Shown: positions 32,249 through 43,689, counted from the stretch's first letter. The stretch: DNA of 64,000 bases from Candidatus Methanomethylicia archaeon (GCA_038845975.1 JAWBQF010000013.1:1-64000), one strand, 5' to 3'. Notes: generated from the letters alone by a model not told the origin. Numbers and translations are program-made.

Positions 32249-33409
32249 ATGAGGAGAGTAGCTATCATTGGTGTTGGTAATTCTAAATTTGGTGTACGTA
32301 ATGATGCTCTTATACAGGAGATAGCTTTTGAAGCTGTTAAAGAAGCTTTTGAAGATGCTGGTATCACTCAGAAAGATATAGATTTAAGTGTTGTAGGATC
32401 TGTAGGGACAAGGCTTTATGAGGCTTTACCTGCTGTTCCTATAAATGAATATGTCGGGCTTGATGGTAAGGGACCTATAAGAGTTGAAGCTGCATGTGCT
32501 ACCGGAAGCGCAGCTGTATTTACTGCTTATAATGCTATAGCTTCCGGATATGTTGATACAGCTATCGCTATAGGTGTAGAGAAAATGTGTGAGGTAGATA
32601 CTCCAACTTCAACAGCTGTAGGAGGTAGAGGTGGAAATTACTTATGGGAATTCCATATGTTTGGTACAAGCTTTGCAGGATATTATGCCTTATATGCTAC
32701 AGCACACATGTCAAAATATGGAACTAAAGAGGAGCAATTAGCTAAAGTTGCTGTAAAAGCTCATAAATATGGAGCTATGAATCCTAAAGCCCACTTCCAA
32801 AAGGAAATAAATATGGAGTCTGCTCTTAAATCTAGGGTTGTATGTTGGCCTCTTAAGCTATATGATTGCTGTCCTATAAGTGATGGAGCTGCAGCAGTCA
32901 TATTATCATCTGAGGATAAAGTGAGGGAGTTTAAAGTAGAGGATCCTATATGGATTAAAGCTATAGGATTCAGTTCAGATACTTCAAATCTTGTTAGGAG
33001 GCCAGATTATGTTGGATTAGGAGCTACAGTAAGAGCTGCTGAAATGGCTTATAGGATTGCTAAGATTACGCCGGGAGATGTTGATGTAGCTACTGTTCAT
33101 GACTGCTTTACAATAGCTGAAATAATGGCTTACGAAGACCTAGGATTCTGTAAGAAGGGGGAGGGAGGTAAATTAATAGATGAGGAGCAAACCTATGTAG
33201 GAGGTAAAATACCTGTAAACGTTGATGGAGGACTTAAAGCTAAGGGACATCCACTAGGCGCTACTGGATGCTCTATGATTTATGAATTGACAAAACAGTT
33301 AAGAAATGAAGCTGGGAGAAGACAAGTTCCACTAAAGAGAAATATAGCATTAGCACATAATGTAGGTGGAACAGGACATTACTGTTACGTAACAATTCTT
33401 GAAAGGTGA
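32249..33409 (+). CDS. SCP-x-type thiolase-domain protein
   Basis: EAACATG, HDCF, GHPLGATG, HNVGG. Confidence 0.92.
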   Translation: MRRVAIIGVGNSKFGVRNDALIQEIAFEAVKEAFEDAGITQKDIDLSVVGSVGTRLYEALPAVPINEYVGLDGKGPIRVEAACATGSAAVFTAYNAIASGYVDTAIAIGVEKMCEVDTPTSTAVGGRGGNYLWEFHMFGTSFAGYYALYATAHMSKYGTKEEQLAKVAVKAHKYGAMNPKAHFQKEINMESALKSRVVCWPLKLYDCCPISDGAAAVILSSEDKVREFKVEDPIWIKAIGFSSDTSNLVRRPDYVGLGATVRAAEMAYRIAKITPGDVDVATVHDCFTIAEIMAYEDLGFCKKGEGGKLIDEEQTYVGGKIPVNVDGGLKAKGHPLGATGCSMIYELTKQLRNEAGRRQVPLKRNIALAHNVGGTGHYCYVTILER

Positions 33410-33413
33410 GAAA

Positions 33414-33839
33414 ATGTCAATAAAAAGTAGACCGCTAAACTTCATACATGATATTCCAATCATTAAAACTAAGAAGTTTTGGGATGGCTTAAATGAGGGG
33501 AAAATATATGCAACAAAATGTAAGGATTGCGGTAAAGTATATTTCCCACCTCAAGTTGACTGCCCTAAATGTTTAAAATCAAACTTTGAATGGATCCCTC
33601 TAACTAATGAGGGAGAAATAGAAACTTTTACTGAATCCCATCTTAAACCACAAGGATTTACACATTACGAAAAACCATACATAATAGCTATAGCTAAAAC
33701 ATTAGAAGGAGTGAAAATCATGGGTTGGCTTGAAGGGGTAGAAATCAGTAATGTAAAAGTAGGAATGAAAGTAGAAATAACATCTAAAACACAGCCGGAT
33801 GGATATCCAGTAATATTATTTAAACCAAAAACTACATAA
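33414..33839 (+). CDS. DUF35 Zn-ribbon/OB-fold thiolase partner
   Basis: KCKDCG...PP...CPKC followed by an OB fold. Confidence 0.9.
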   Translation: MSIKSRPLNFIHDIPIIKTKKFWDGLNEGKIYATKCKDCGKVYFPPQVDCPKCLKSNFEWIPLTNEGEIETFTESHLKPQGFTHYEKPYIIAIAKTLEGVKIMGWLEGVEISNVKVGMKVEITSKTQPDGYPVILFKPKTT

Positions 33840-34536
33840 TTTTCATTCTTTCTCTTTAATAAAATATTTATAGCTACCTTCCAGCCTTATTATGAGTATT
33901 CTCAATTTTCTTCAAGTGAAATTGTTTACTTTAGGCTGTTTGAAGTTGTTAAATGATTGTGATACTCATCATCCTAGATGGCTTTACAAGAGTTAGGGGT
34001 CATAGGAATTATAAGCATGTTCTAAAAATATTTCCGTAAGGAAATATTTAAGAAGATAGATGAAAGATTAATGGTTTAAACATGTGTTAGTGAGGAATTT
34101 AATAGTTTAGAAAGGATAGTTAAGCATTCTGATTTATTCTTCTAAATTTTAGAGGGTTTTGCTAAGCTTTCAGCTTGTAAAGATTGTTAAAAATAAGTCT
34201 AAAAATTCTGATAGATGATACTAAGAGAGCTATTAAGTTAGTTGTATGAATCTATTATTGAAAGATGGCTTTAGAAAGATGGAGGAATATATTAAGGATA
34301 CTATTATGATTAGGGAGTTAAGAGGTTTAGAGGTCTTGCTAGGAGGATGCTATGAAGTATGATGAACATTCTAAAGCGAAAAGCTAACATATACATGACA
34401 ATAACACTAGTACTACAATAAAGAAACATTTAGAATAACGGGAATCATAATTCTTAGAGAATCCATGATAAGAATCTTTAAAATGAATACATTGAAATAC
34501 TGATAATGTTTATACTGTATGACTACTGGGCATAAG

Positions 34537-34574
34537 TTTAAATAATGTTTTCATAAATGTAAACATATGTTTAC
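34537..34574 (+). promoter_or_regulatory. TATA box and perfect 16-bp palindrome GTAAACATATGTTTAC over the start codon; putative operator
   Basis: TTTAAATA at 34537; the palindrome at 34559-34574 contains ATG 34567. Confidence 0.6.
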
Positions 34575-35391
34575 CGGTGTTCAGTTCCGTATTATTAAAG
34601 CGCTGATGAAAGCTAGAAGACCTATTGGGATTAGGATATTGGCATCTATGGCTGGTTGTAGTGTTGTTGAGGTTTGGAGACAGGTTCAGAAATTAGTAGT
34701 TCTTGGCCTGGTAAAGCCCCTTCCTAAGAGGAGTAAGTATAGGATTTATGTATTGAATATGGAGTCACCGTTAATAAAGCCTCTAATAGATCTTATTAAT
34801 ACAGTAGATAGCTATGAGTTTATTATTGGTAAAAACCTGATTGAAGCTATATCTAGCCTAAATAGATACTATGTTTCAGGATTGTTTGCTGTTAAGGGGT
34901 TAATCATGGACTTCGTCATTCCTGAAGGACTATTATTAATTGTTGATAATATGGAGAAGGAGAAAGCATACAAGATCAGAGAATGGTTTAAGGGGATTTA
35001 TAGAGTTGATGTTGTTGTAAGAAATATTGATTCAGCCTACTACATACCTGCTGACGACATACTACCGTACAATAGAGCCATAGTTGAGCAGGCAATAGCT
35101 GATTCAGCGGCTCTCTTCAATTTAGATCCCTACAATAATATTGAAGTAATTCTACTTGTACTATATAGGTATGTAGATAATGATGTTTTAATTAAGGCTC
35201 TTGAAGAGTGGGGTGATGAAGCTAAATATAGGGTTTGGCTTACACTACTTACGGGTAGGTCATTAGGCTTTCCATATACTACAGATATGTTTAAACCGTT
35301 AAAGTATTGTAGAGATAAGTTTTTCGAGTTTCTACTAGCTTCTAGAGTTCCTAGAGTACTAATACCTGATAGGATAGTAAGAGGATGGTAG
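34567..35391 (+). CDS. wHTH protein, putative AbiEi-like antitoxin
   Basis: N-terminal HTH (IGIRILASMAGCSVVEVWRQVQKLVVLGLV) and AbiEi-like EQAIAD motif. 1 nt from the NTase gene. Confidence 0.65.
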   Translation: MFTGVQFRIIKALMKARRPIGIRILASMAGCSVVEVWRQVQKLVVLGLVKPLPKRSKYRIYVLNMESPLIKPLIDLINTVDSYEFIIGKNLIEAISSLNRYYVSGLFAVKGLIMDFVIPEGLLLIVDNMEKEKAYKIREWFKGIYRVDVVVRNIDSAYYIPADDILPYNRAIVEQAIADSAALFNLDPYNNIEVILLVLYRYVDNDVLIKALEEWGDEAKYRVWLTLLTGRSLGFPYTTDMFKPLKYCRDKFFEFLLASRVPRVLIPDRIVRGW

Positions 35392-35392
35392 A

Positions 35393-36394
35393 ATGGATTG
35401 GTTTAAACCTATTAGCTGCTGGAATCACAATGTATTCAATGTTAAGGAACTTAAAAGAATTGCTGAAGGACTTGAATGGAAGCTTGGATTAGAAATCGTG
35501 GAGAGAGAAATTCTCTTCTATGATACAATGTATACTTTATTCAGTTATTTTCCACGTATACTTATTGCAGGGGGCGGATCAATAATAAATAGAGTATTCA
35601 TAAAGGATAGTGTAAGATTCTCCTTTGATATTGATGCTACAGCTCTAGAACCTCTTGAAGGGAAAGCACAGCTATTAATGGATATACTTGACCTAAACGT
35701 GGAAATTGAGAATTTAATGAATATTCTTCAAATAAGTGGAAGGGAAATTAGAATTGGTGAGTTTACGTTAGATACAGAGAAAAACTTCTTTCCAAATATC
35801 ATATCGCTTAAACGTATTGTTCCATCAGTAACATTTGGAACACATCTACCAACATACCTTAAAAGTAGATACAATATTGATACCAGTAGTAGTAGCTTCT
35901 CCAAGTGGTTTATGGATTTAAAGGATGAGGTGGGATTTATGCCATGCATAGAGGAGATAAGGATTGAAATAGGATTTTCAAGAAAAGGATTTGAAGGAGA
36001 GTATTACGAAGTAGATGTAGATTCACTTATCAGTAGAATTGAAGCACCAAGACTACGTTTAAGATGCAAAGTATCAACAATAGAGTATTCAATAGTAAGT
36101 AAGTTACTCTCCCTATCTCGTAAGTATTCCAATATTATACTTCAAGATATGGTTAGAGATCTATGTGATTTACAAATGTTTAAACAGCCAATAAATAAAG
36201 ATAGGCTTAGAAAACTCATAGAAAAAAATAATGTTAATCTAGGAGAGGTTAAGGAAAACATTGAAATTCTACTTAGAAATGGTGAAGAAATATTTATGAG
36301 TTCATGGCACTTCACATTGGTTAGAAGGAAATATAGCTGGAGTGAAATATGTAAATCAGCTCTAAAAGAAATAAAAACGCTCTACAATACCTGA
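35393..36394 (+). CDS. AbiEii-family nucleotidyltransferase
   Basis: GGGS...RFSFDID, SKL, RDLCDL. Confidence 0.75.
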   Translation: MDWFKPISCWNHNVFNVKELKRIAEGLEWKLGLEIVEREILFYDTMYTLFSYFPRILIAGGGSIINRVFIKDSVRFSFDIDATALEPLEGKAQLLMDILDLNVEIENLMNILQISGREIRIGEFTLDTEKNFFPNIISLKRIVPSVTFGTHLPTYLKSRYNIDTSSSSFSKWFMDLKDEVGFMPCIEEIRIEIGFSRKGFEGEYYEVDVDSLISRIEAPRLRLRCKVSTIEYSIVSKLLSLSRKYSNIILQDMVRDLCDLQMFKQPINKDRLRKLIEKNNVNLGEVKENIEILLRNGEEIFMSSWHFTLVRRKYSWSEICKSALKEIKTLYNT

Positions 36395-36446
36395 AATCTT
36401 TAAAACCCTATATATAATATCTCTATAAATATTAGAGAATAAACCA

Positions 36447-37142
36447 TTATATATTAACGTTATAAAGTACTGTATCCCTAACATTAACAGATATTCTCAC
36501 AATATCACCATCACGTAGGTTTAATTCCTTTCTAAGATTTAAAGGAGAAAGCACCTCTAAAACATCTGGGCCATAATGAGTACGGGAACATATTATTACA
36601 GCAGCTTTTACTGAGTTATTGATTAATGCATGATAGCACTTTACGGAGCCGTAAGTTCTTAAGCCATTTGAGCCACCCTCTATATTGATGGAGGGGAGAA
36701 GTTCTAAACTCCTCCTCTTAGCAACATCATCAATAGATCTAAGCCTTAAATTAAGAGTACCAGGATAAGGTTCAAAACCTAACTTACTTATAAACTGCTG
36801 CTTATAAAATGGAAGAGAAACATAGAAGGCTCCCTCTCCAAGTCCAGTAAATACTATACCCTCAAACTGAAGATTAGTAATATTGTTAAATATCATGTGA
36901 AGATCTGTATAAACCTCTCTTAAAAACTCTATAGCCTTACTGGTTAGTATTATAGCTTGTCCCCTCTTTAATAGTGTTCTCTGAATATATCCAGCCTTAT
37001 ATAGCTCAATAATTCTCCTTGAGGCTGTCTGCTGAGAGATATTAAGGTATTTCGAAAACGTCTTAGTATCTATTTTTAACTCTCTACCTATCGCACCAAG
37101 CTTTGCAAGTACGTAAAGTGTATGTATATACCATCCCTTCAT
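36447..37142 (-). CDS. ribK: CTP-dependent riboflavin kinase with N-terminal HTH (RbkR-type)
   Basis: ISQQTASR HTH; GLGEGAFY, LGFEPYPGTLN, RTHY, LEVLSP. Confidence 0.93.
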   Translation of the reverse strand: MKGWYIHTLYVLAKLGAIGRELKIDTKTFSKYLNISQQTASRRIIELYKAGYIQRTLLKRGQAIILTSKAIEFLREVYTDLHMIFNNITNLQFEGIVFTGLGEGAFYVSLPFYKQQFISKLGFEPYPGTLNLRLRSIDDVAKRRSLELLPSINIEGGSNGLRTYGSVKCYHALINNSVKAAVIICSRTHYGPDVLEVLSPLNLRKELNLRDGDIVRISVNVRDTVLYNVNI

Positions 37143-37276
37143 ATCTGTCGATCACACTCAATGTCTACATGTATTTCAATACCTATTTATAAATCTTAAT
37201 CAAACAGCTTAAACATCAATTCATATCATAATTAGGATTACATTAAAGATAAAAAGTCAAACATAACCTACATAAT

Positions 37277-38089
37277 GGACTCATTGCAAAACTATTTAAA
37301 TCTTACCTAATATTGTGTATGGAGTTTCGTGAGATTAGTGATTGTGAGGGGCTTATTAGGTTTTTGCTTCCTCTTAGAGCTAGGACTGGTGGGCTTAGGG
37401 TTGATGATAGGAAATATTGAACAGTATATTTACGCTTACTACTGGTTGTAGGTGGGTAGATATGCTTGTTAAGTATGGATATTACTTAACGCTTTTAGGA
37501 GGCTTAAAAGTGGGTGAAGCTAAATGTATGGAAGAATATACTTGATAACCTAATATCTAAGGATACTCTATGGGTAAGTCTTGATATGGTTGCTGTTGAT
37601 AGTACAACTATTAGGACTAGGAAAGGGAGGAGACGGTTGGCTTGATGGTTATAAGCGTATTAAGGATACGAAGATACATGTAGTTGTATCATGTGAAGCC
37701 CTACGGTTAAACATTCAAACTGATCCTGACGACTAGTATGATTCTAAACGCTTCATACCACTCATAGAGGTTTAAGAATGGTAGGGGTAAACCTAGGAGT
37801 AAGACTAGAGAGGCTATAGGAGGTTCAGCATACGATACTAGAGGGATTATAGAATACCTCAAGTATAAGAAGATAAAAACGAATATAGATATCAATCCGA
37901 GGAGTAAGCCTAAACGTGGAAGACTCGATAGAAGACATATAGGAGTATGAGAAGTGCTGTTAAAAGATTCTTCTCATGAATAAATCATTCAGAAAATAAC
38001 AATAAGATATGAAAAACTAACATCAACATTCCAAGCATTCATACAAGTAGCATGCATAGTAATATACCTAAGAGTTTTGCAATGAGTTC
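37277..38089 (+). mobile_element. Decayed IS5-family (IS427 group) element, copy 2
   Basis: TIRs GGACTCATTGCAAAACT / AGTTTTGCAATGAGTTC; homologous to 28905-29712. Confidence 0.85.
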
Positions 38090-38252
38090 AATATTAATCC
38101 CAAATATTTTACACTCTATTATTACTAACATTTAAGTATTCATTTAAAGCATTAATAAAATCCAATAAATAAAGATTTCATACATCGCCAATTCAATACG
38201 GCATGTATAAGCTTTAAAGTTTAACTAGAAGAAATTATCTATAGGTTAATTG

Positions 38253-38938
38253 GGCATTGTTAATTTAAGTATGTTTATTATTTCTGTTTTGTTTCTATGA
38301 GTTCTTGGTTTTATCTTCTTATTAACCAATGTTTGTTAGTTATATTATTGATCATAGGATAGATGTATGTTCATTATTGTGCTTATACTTATACATGTAT
38401 GCAATTATCAAGTAGTTTATTTATTCTAGTTATGATTCTTTCTATTAATTCTAATTTTAAACTGTATCTGCTTAATTAGTATTCTACATGGTGTTTATAA
38501 TATTGAGTATATACTCATAAAATTAGAATCATAGATAACTCTAATCTTCTAATGTTAGAGATGTAAGTATATTTGTAATATCATAAGCCAATGTATAGAA
38601 TTCCCTCAATAATGACTTAAACATAAACAATCCTCCTCATAGAGACCATAATTATAACGTATCATCAACAAATGCTGGTGCGGAAACCGAAGCTCCGATT
38701 TTAGCTATACCATTAAATATAGTTAAAGATCTTAACCTATGGCCTACAGCTAGGGATATAAGTGTAGTGGTTAGAGAGTTAGATTCTGAAACTCTAGGAT
38801 ATTTACCTCCAGTAAGGGTATTTGTAGAGTTACTTGACGAGTCTGGAAATAAGCTATCGGAAACATAAAAAACCGTATCTGTTTAATTCACCAAAATAAG
38901 GAGAAAGTTCCTGAATAAAGCTAAAGTTTAACAAAGCT
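38253..38938 (-). mobile_element. Decayed IS6-family element, group A copy 2, carrying a foreign gene fragment
   Basis: Ends GGCATTGTTAATTT / AAAGTTTAACAAAGCT. Homologous to copies 1 and 3 except ~38670-38870. Confidence 0.7.
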
Positions 38939-39002
38939 ATCTAATCAATGTAAAAATGTATAATTTTAAGATAATGTAGTAGTAACCATTGTGTTAAATA
39001 GG

Positions 39003-40208
39003 TTAGTATGCTCTTAGTATTTCTCTTCCAAGCATTATCCTAGCTATTGTGTTCTTCTGTATTTCCTTAGTTCCCTCAACTATTTCAAGCTGTTTAACAA
39101 ATCTATACCATCTTTCAGCGTCACTTTCAACATATCCATAGCCAGCCATAACATCTACAAGTAGATCGCATGCCTCAACAGCAACCCTAGCACTATACCA
39201 TTTAGCCATTGAGGCAAGCTTCACTGACTCCTCAGCAAACGATAAATCCTCTCTAGTCTTCTCAACCATCTTTACAGACTTCCAAACTAGGGATTTTGCA
39301 GCTTCTATTTTAGTTGCCATTTCAACAAGTCTAAATCCTAATCCTTGAAATCCTGCTATAGGTTTACCGAAAGCTTTCCTCTCCTTACTGTAAGATATAG
39401 CTTTCTCAAGAGCTTGCTCAGCTGTAGCTACTGCTATTACTCCTATAGCTGCTCTTGCCTGATCTAGAAACATAAGACCCATATAGAAGCCTCTATTAAG
39501 GTTTTGCGGTCCCCCAAGTATATCATCATCTCTTACCTTCACATTATTAAACACTACTTGTCCTGTTGGTGATGCTAACCATCCAAGTTTTTCCTCAAAG
39601 GCTGTTGTTTCAATTCCATTCTGTCTCTCAATAATGAACTCTGTCTGCCCTCTATATGATGGTTGAACATTAAGATCTGTTTGGGCTAGTGTTATGAAGA
39701 ATGATGCGGTAGTAGCATTCGTTATGAAAGTTTTAGTTCCATTTATTATCCAGTAATCTCCATCCTTAACAGCTTGAGTATCTAGTTTACGGGATATATC
39801 ACTTCCACCTGCTGGCTCGGTAAAACATGCAGCACTTGTTATCTCTCCCTTGGCTACTCTTGGAAGCCATTTAGCTTTCTGTTCATGAGTACCAAAATGA
39901 GCTATCATATCAGAACCAAATGATCCAGCTATAACAGCATTTGTTAGTGATGGATCACCATACCTTATAAGCTCATAGTGTGCTATAACCTGCTCAGTAA
40001 AGCTTGCTCCCTGACCGCCATACTCTGGAGGCCAGGTCATACCTATAAATCCTTGCTCCGCCATTTTTCTATAGAGATCCCATGGAAACTCTCTTTTCTT
40101 CTCATATTCAGAGGCAACTTTAGGAGCAAAGTATTTAATAGAGAATTCATGAGCGGTTTGCTTCAAAAGTTTCTGTTCCTGAGTTAACTCAAAATCAGGA
40201 ATAACCAC
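39003..40208 (-). CDS. Acyl-CoA dehydrogenase
   Basis: FTEPAGGSD, INGTKTFITN, RKAFGKPI, IVEGT (catalytic Glu). Confidence 0.95.
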   Translation of the reverse strand: MVIPDFELTQEQKLLKQTAHEFSIKYFAPKVASEYEKKREFPWDLYRKMAEQGFIGMTWPPEYGGQGASFTEQVIAHYELIRYGDPSLTNAVIAGSFGSDMIAHFGTHEQKAKWLPRVAKGEITSAACFTEPAGGSDISRKLDTQAVKDGDYWIINGTKTFITNATTASFFITLAQTDLNVQPSYRGQTEFIIERQNGIETTAFEEKLGWLASPTGQVVFNNVKVRDDDILGGPQNLNRGFYMGLMFLDQARAAIGVIAVATAEQALEKAISYSKERKAFGKPIAGFQGLGFRLVEMATKIEAAKSLVWKSVKMVEKTREDLSFAEESVKLASMAKWYSARVAVEACDLLVDVMAGYGYVESDAERWYRFVKQLEIVEGTKEIQKNTIARIMLGREILRAY

Positions 40209-40254
40209 ATAATTAGTTATAGAATATATTTATAAATTTTTCCACTAAGAAAAT

Positions 40255-40877
40255 GGCTTTGTTAACTTAAGCATGTTTTACTACCTCTATTTTGCATTCA
40301 TGTTTTATTCAACATGAAAGATATTGACTTTATAAGTATAAATACATACTCACCATTACATCTATTCTTCATGATATGTAATTATCAAATATTCAGCTTT
40401 ATCTTAACTGAATTATTCTCCCCATTAAGTTTTTAATCTTTAAATCCCATATCCTTGCTTAATTAGTATTCTACAGTCGCTTTATAATGTTCATCAATAT
40501 ATACTCATCTAGAGCTGTATATAGCTTAATTTAGGAAATGATAAATATGTAAATGTATTTGTAGCTCAAGTCCATATGTAGGGTATCTTTCTCAATAATG
40601 GCTTGAAAGCACTATACGTAATTTTACTTCTAGAATCTACACTCATCAATATCATCAACAATCAATTTTAACTCTTTATCAAACTTAAATAGATTAAGAA
40701 TCTAAACCAAATGTAAATATAACTCTACAATAATGAAGATTAGGATATCTGAAGCCATCCTAGATGGACAAAATATATAAACAATACAAATCAATTATCC
40801 TAATAGACTTAGTAGCTTTGGTATATTTTCATTATAAATAAAGGAAAGTCTTAAATAAAGCTAAAGTTTACAAGCTC
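40255..40877 (-). mobile_element. Decayed IS6-family element, group A copy 3
   Basis: TIRs GGCTTTGTTAACTT / AAAGTTTACAAGCTC. Remnant NLMGRIIQ..KDKAEY.DNY resembles the IS6 N-x-I-E-R...KDR...FD motif. Confidence 0.75.
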
Positions 40878-40924
40878 ATGAATGAGTCAGTAAAAATTAT
40901 ATAATAGTTAACTACTTAATTTAT

Positions 40925-41992
40925 ATGTGTAGAATTAGGTTTGGTATTGCTCTGCCAGTACCTGTTAAAACCAGTATTAGTAGTTTAATTGAAGAAGCTC
41001 AGAGAAATGAGCTTTTAGGATTTGACTCTATATGGGCTTCTGACCACCTACTTATGATGCCGCCTGGACCTACTCCTGAAATATGGAGTATTCTAGCTGT
41101 TGCTGCCTCGTATACTTCTAAAGCTACTTTGGGAAGTGCTGTTTCTGATATTCATAGATATCATCCAGCTGTTTTTGCTCAGAAGCTCGCTACAATTGAT
41201 CATCTTTCTAAGGGTAGGATTAGTTTGGGGCTTGGTATCGGTGAAGCTATGAATCTTGAACCCTTCGGCTTTGATTGGCTTAGGAAGCCATTAGCTAAGA
41301 TGATTGAATATATTGAGGTTTTAAGAGGATTGTGGACAATGGATAGTTTCAATTTTAATGGTGAATTCTTCAAATTAAAAAATGCATTCCTACAGATAAA
41401 ACCAATACAGAAAACAATACCAATATATATAGCTGCAAACTCACCAAAAACAAGAAGAATAACTGGTAGAATAGGGGATGGATGGATACCGACAAGAGAA
41501 ACACCTGAAACATACATGAGGAACATTGAGGATGTTAAGAAGGGAGCTGAGGAAGCTAATAGATCAATAAATGATATTGATAGAGGACTATGGATATATA
41601 CAGCAATAGCTGATGAATATAATGAGGCATTAAATGCATTAAAAGCAAAACCTATTAAATCCATGTATGCAATATGGCCTAAGAAGATTGAAGAGGCAGG
41701 ATTTAAAATAAATCTACCTGAAAAATATCCTCAAAACTACTATATGTCTAAGTGTATGCCTACTGAGGAGGGTATTAGGGATTTTGAGGAGCTTGCTAAC
41801 TATGTAACTGATGATGTTATTGAAGCTTTCAGTATATGTGGAACAGTTGATGATGCTATAGGTAAAATAGAGAAATACGTAAAAGCAGGAGTAACACACT
41901 TCATGCTGGTAAATGCAGGACCAGACAGACTAAAAGTAATGGAAGCATATAGTCAAAAAATAATACCATACTTTAAAGAGTACAAATCATAG
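40925..41992 (+). CDS. LLM-class flavin/F420-dependent oxidoreductase
   Basis: GFDSIWASDH, ATIDHLSKGR, LGLGIGE, GDGW. Confidence 0.9.
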   Translation: MCRIRFGIALPVPVKTSISSLIEEAQRNELLGFDSIWASDHLLMMPPGPTPEIWSILAVAASYTSKATLGSAVSDIHRYHPAVFAQKLATIDHLSKGRISLGLGIGEAMNLEPFGFDWLRKPLAKMIEYIEVLRGLWTMDSFNFNGEFFKLKNAFLQIKPIQKTIPIYIAANSPKTRRITGRIGDGWIPTRETPETYMRNIEDVKKGAEEANRSINDIDRGLWIYTAIADEYNEALNALKAKPIKSMYAIWPKKIEEAGFKINLPEKYPQNYYMSKCMPTEEGIRDFEELANYVTDDVIEAFSICGTVDDAIGKIEKYVKAGVTHFMLVNAGPDRLKVMEAYSQKIIPYFKEYKS

Positions 41993-42074
41993 TTAATTAT
42001 CCATCACAACCTATATTATTTAGAAAGTAGCATACTTATTATATTTACTATTAATTGTAGTATAGATAGCTTAA

Positions 42075-43620
42075 ATGAATATCAGATTGAATATTGGCTT
42101 ATATGTTTAGGGGAATACAGTTACCACCTAGGAATTATTGAGGGGAAGGGTGAGGAACCTATTGATATGATGTAGACTCATTAGGGATTGAGTATGCTTA
42201 CGGATTAGTAAAGAGTGTTATTGAGAATCGCAGTATGTTCACGTATGTTTTAAATGATGATCAGGTTAGAAATGCTATGCTTTTAAGAATGAAGTAGTAA
42301 GAAATGTATCTGAACCTTTATATGTAGTAACTCATAACGCTATACCATCTTCAATACGTATCGAAATAGTGGAGGAGATTTAAAGTTTGGAGTTAAAATA
42401 ATAGATGCTCCTATAAGTGGTGGACTTATGGGAGCTAAGGAGGAAACATTAACATTCATGGTTGGTGAAGATAGAGAAGCTTTCGAGAAGTTTAAACCCA
42501 TACTTGAATTAATGGGAAGAAACATCTTTACCTAGGGCCTTTAGGATCATGACTAAAAGTTAAGCTCCTAAACAATCTTATTCTCTATTGCAATAAAGTT
42601 ATAGCAGCTGAAGCTATAGAAATAGCTAGAAAAATAGATATTTCAGAAAATGATTTCCTTAATGTAGTAAATACTTCTTCAGGAGGGAGATAGGTTACAC
42701 AGAAGTGGAATACTCTTAATATAGAGGCGGTTTCAAAATATTTAAGCTTTTATTATTATGGTTTTTGTATGGGGTTTCGTGAGCTTAGCGATTATGAATG
42801 GGGGTTCATTAAGCCTCTTCTCCCTCCTAGGCCTGTTAGAGGTAGGGGGCTTATGGTTAATGATATGGAGATAATTAACGGCATCATGTACGTCGTTACT
42901 ACTGGTTGCAGATGGAGGGATATGCCTAGGAGGTATGGCTCATATGTGACTGCTGGAGGATGTTGAGGAGGCTTCAGGAGGCTAACGTATGGGAAGGGAT
43001 GCTAGCCTCCAAAAGTTTTGATGATGTAGTAATCGATAGCATAACTATAGAGGCTAAAAGGGATGAGATGATAGGCTACGATGGATTTAAGCATAGAAAT
43101 GGCTTGAAGGTCCATGTGATAGTTGATAAGAATTCTATGCAGATAGCCTCAGCCATAAGCCCTGGTAACACTCACGACTCGAAGGTTTTGATGAGCTTTA
43201 CGATAGCATTTTATATAAGCCTAGGAGGCTATATGGGGATTCAGCATACGATGCTGATAGAATAAGGATTAGGCTGGGGAACGATGGAGTTGAAGCAAAC
43301 ATACCAGTGAACCCAAGGAATGGCAGGGTAAGCATACCATACGATGTTAAGGGCTATAAAAGGATGAGGTCGGCTATAGAAAGGTTTAATGCATGGCTAA
43401 AACGTTCAGGAGGGCAACAATAAGATATGAAAGGCTAGCAGTGATGTTTAAAGCCATAATAACGTTCATATGCATAATAATACACATGAGGTATGGACTA
43501 TGGAAAGCTTAAATATTTTGAAACCACCTCATATTTAAATGGATTATGAGGAGCTTGGATTTGCGGAATTAGTACTTAAAGATATAGAGGACAGTATTAA
43601 AACCATTTATGAATATGAGT
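42075..43620 (+). pseudogene. 3-hydroxyisobutyrate dehydrogenase-family pseudogene interrupted by IS5
   Basis: DAPISGG...LTFMVG...KLLNNL...AEA motifs with stops; IS inserted at 42724. Ends approximate. Confidence 0.7.
42724..43530 (+). mobile_element. IS5-family (IS427 group) element, frameshifted transposase
   Basis: 27-bp TIRs GAGGCGGTTTCAAAATATTTAAGCTTT / AAAGCTTAAATATTTTGAAACCACCTC and ATA target duplication. Transposase reads LSDYEW..IKPLLPP, TGCRWRDMP, IDS, HDS. Confidence 0.92.
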
Positions 43621-43689
43621 TAAAATCTATTATCTTCGAATTCTTTAAGAGCTTCTATGAATATAGAAAGTTTTAAGATATAGGAGAAG

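Noticed and set aside
33985-34460. Decayed purine-rich stretch with FRGL-like peptide and a 10-bp hairpin with GTAA loop (34026-34049)
   Set aside because: Probably a transposase relic, but no TIRs or family could be established; the hairpin may be chance.
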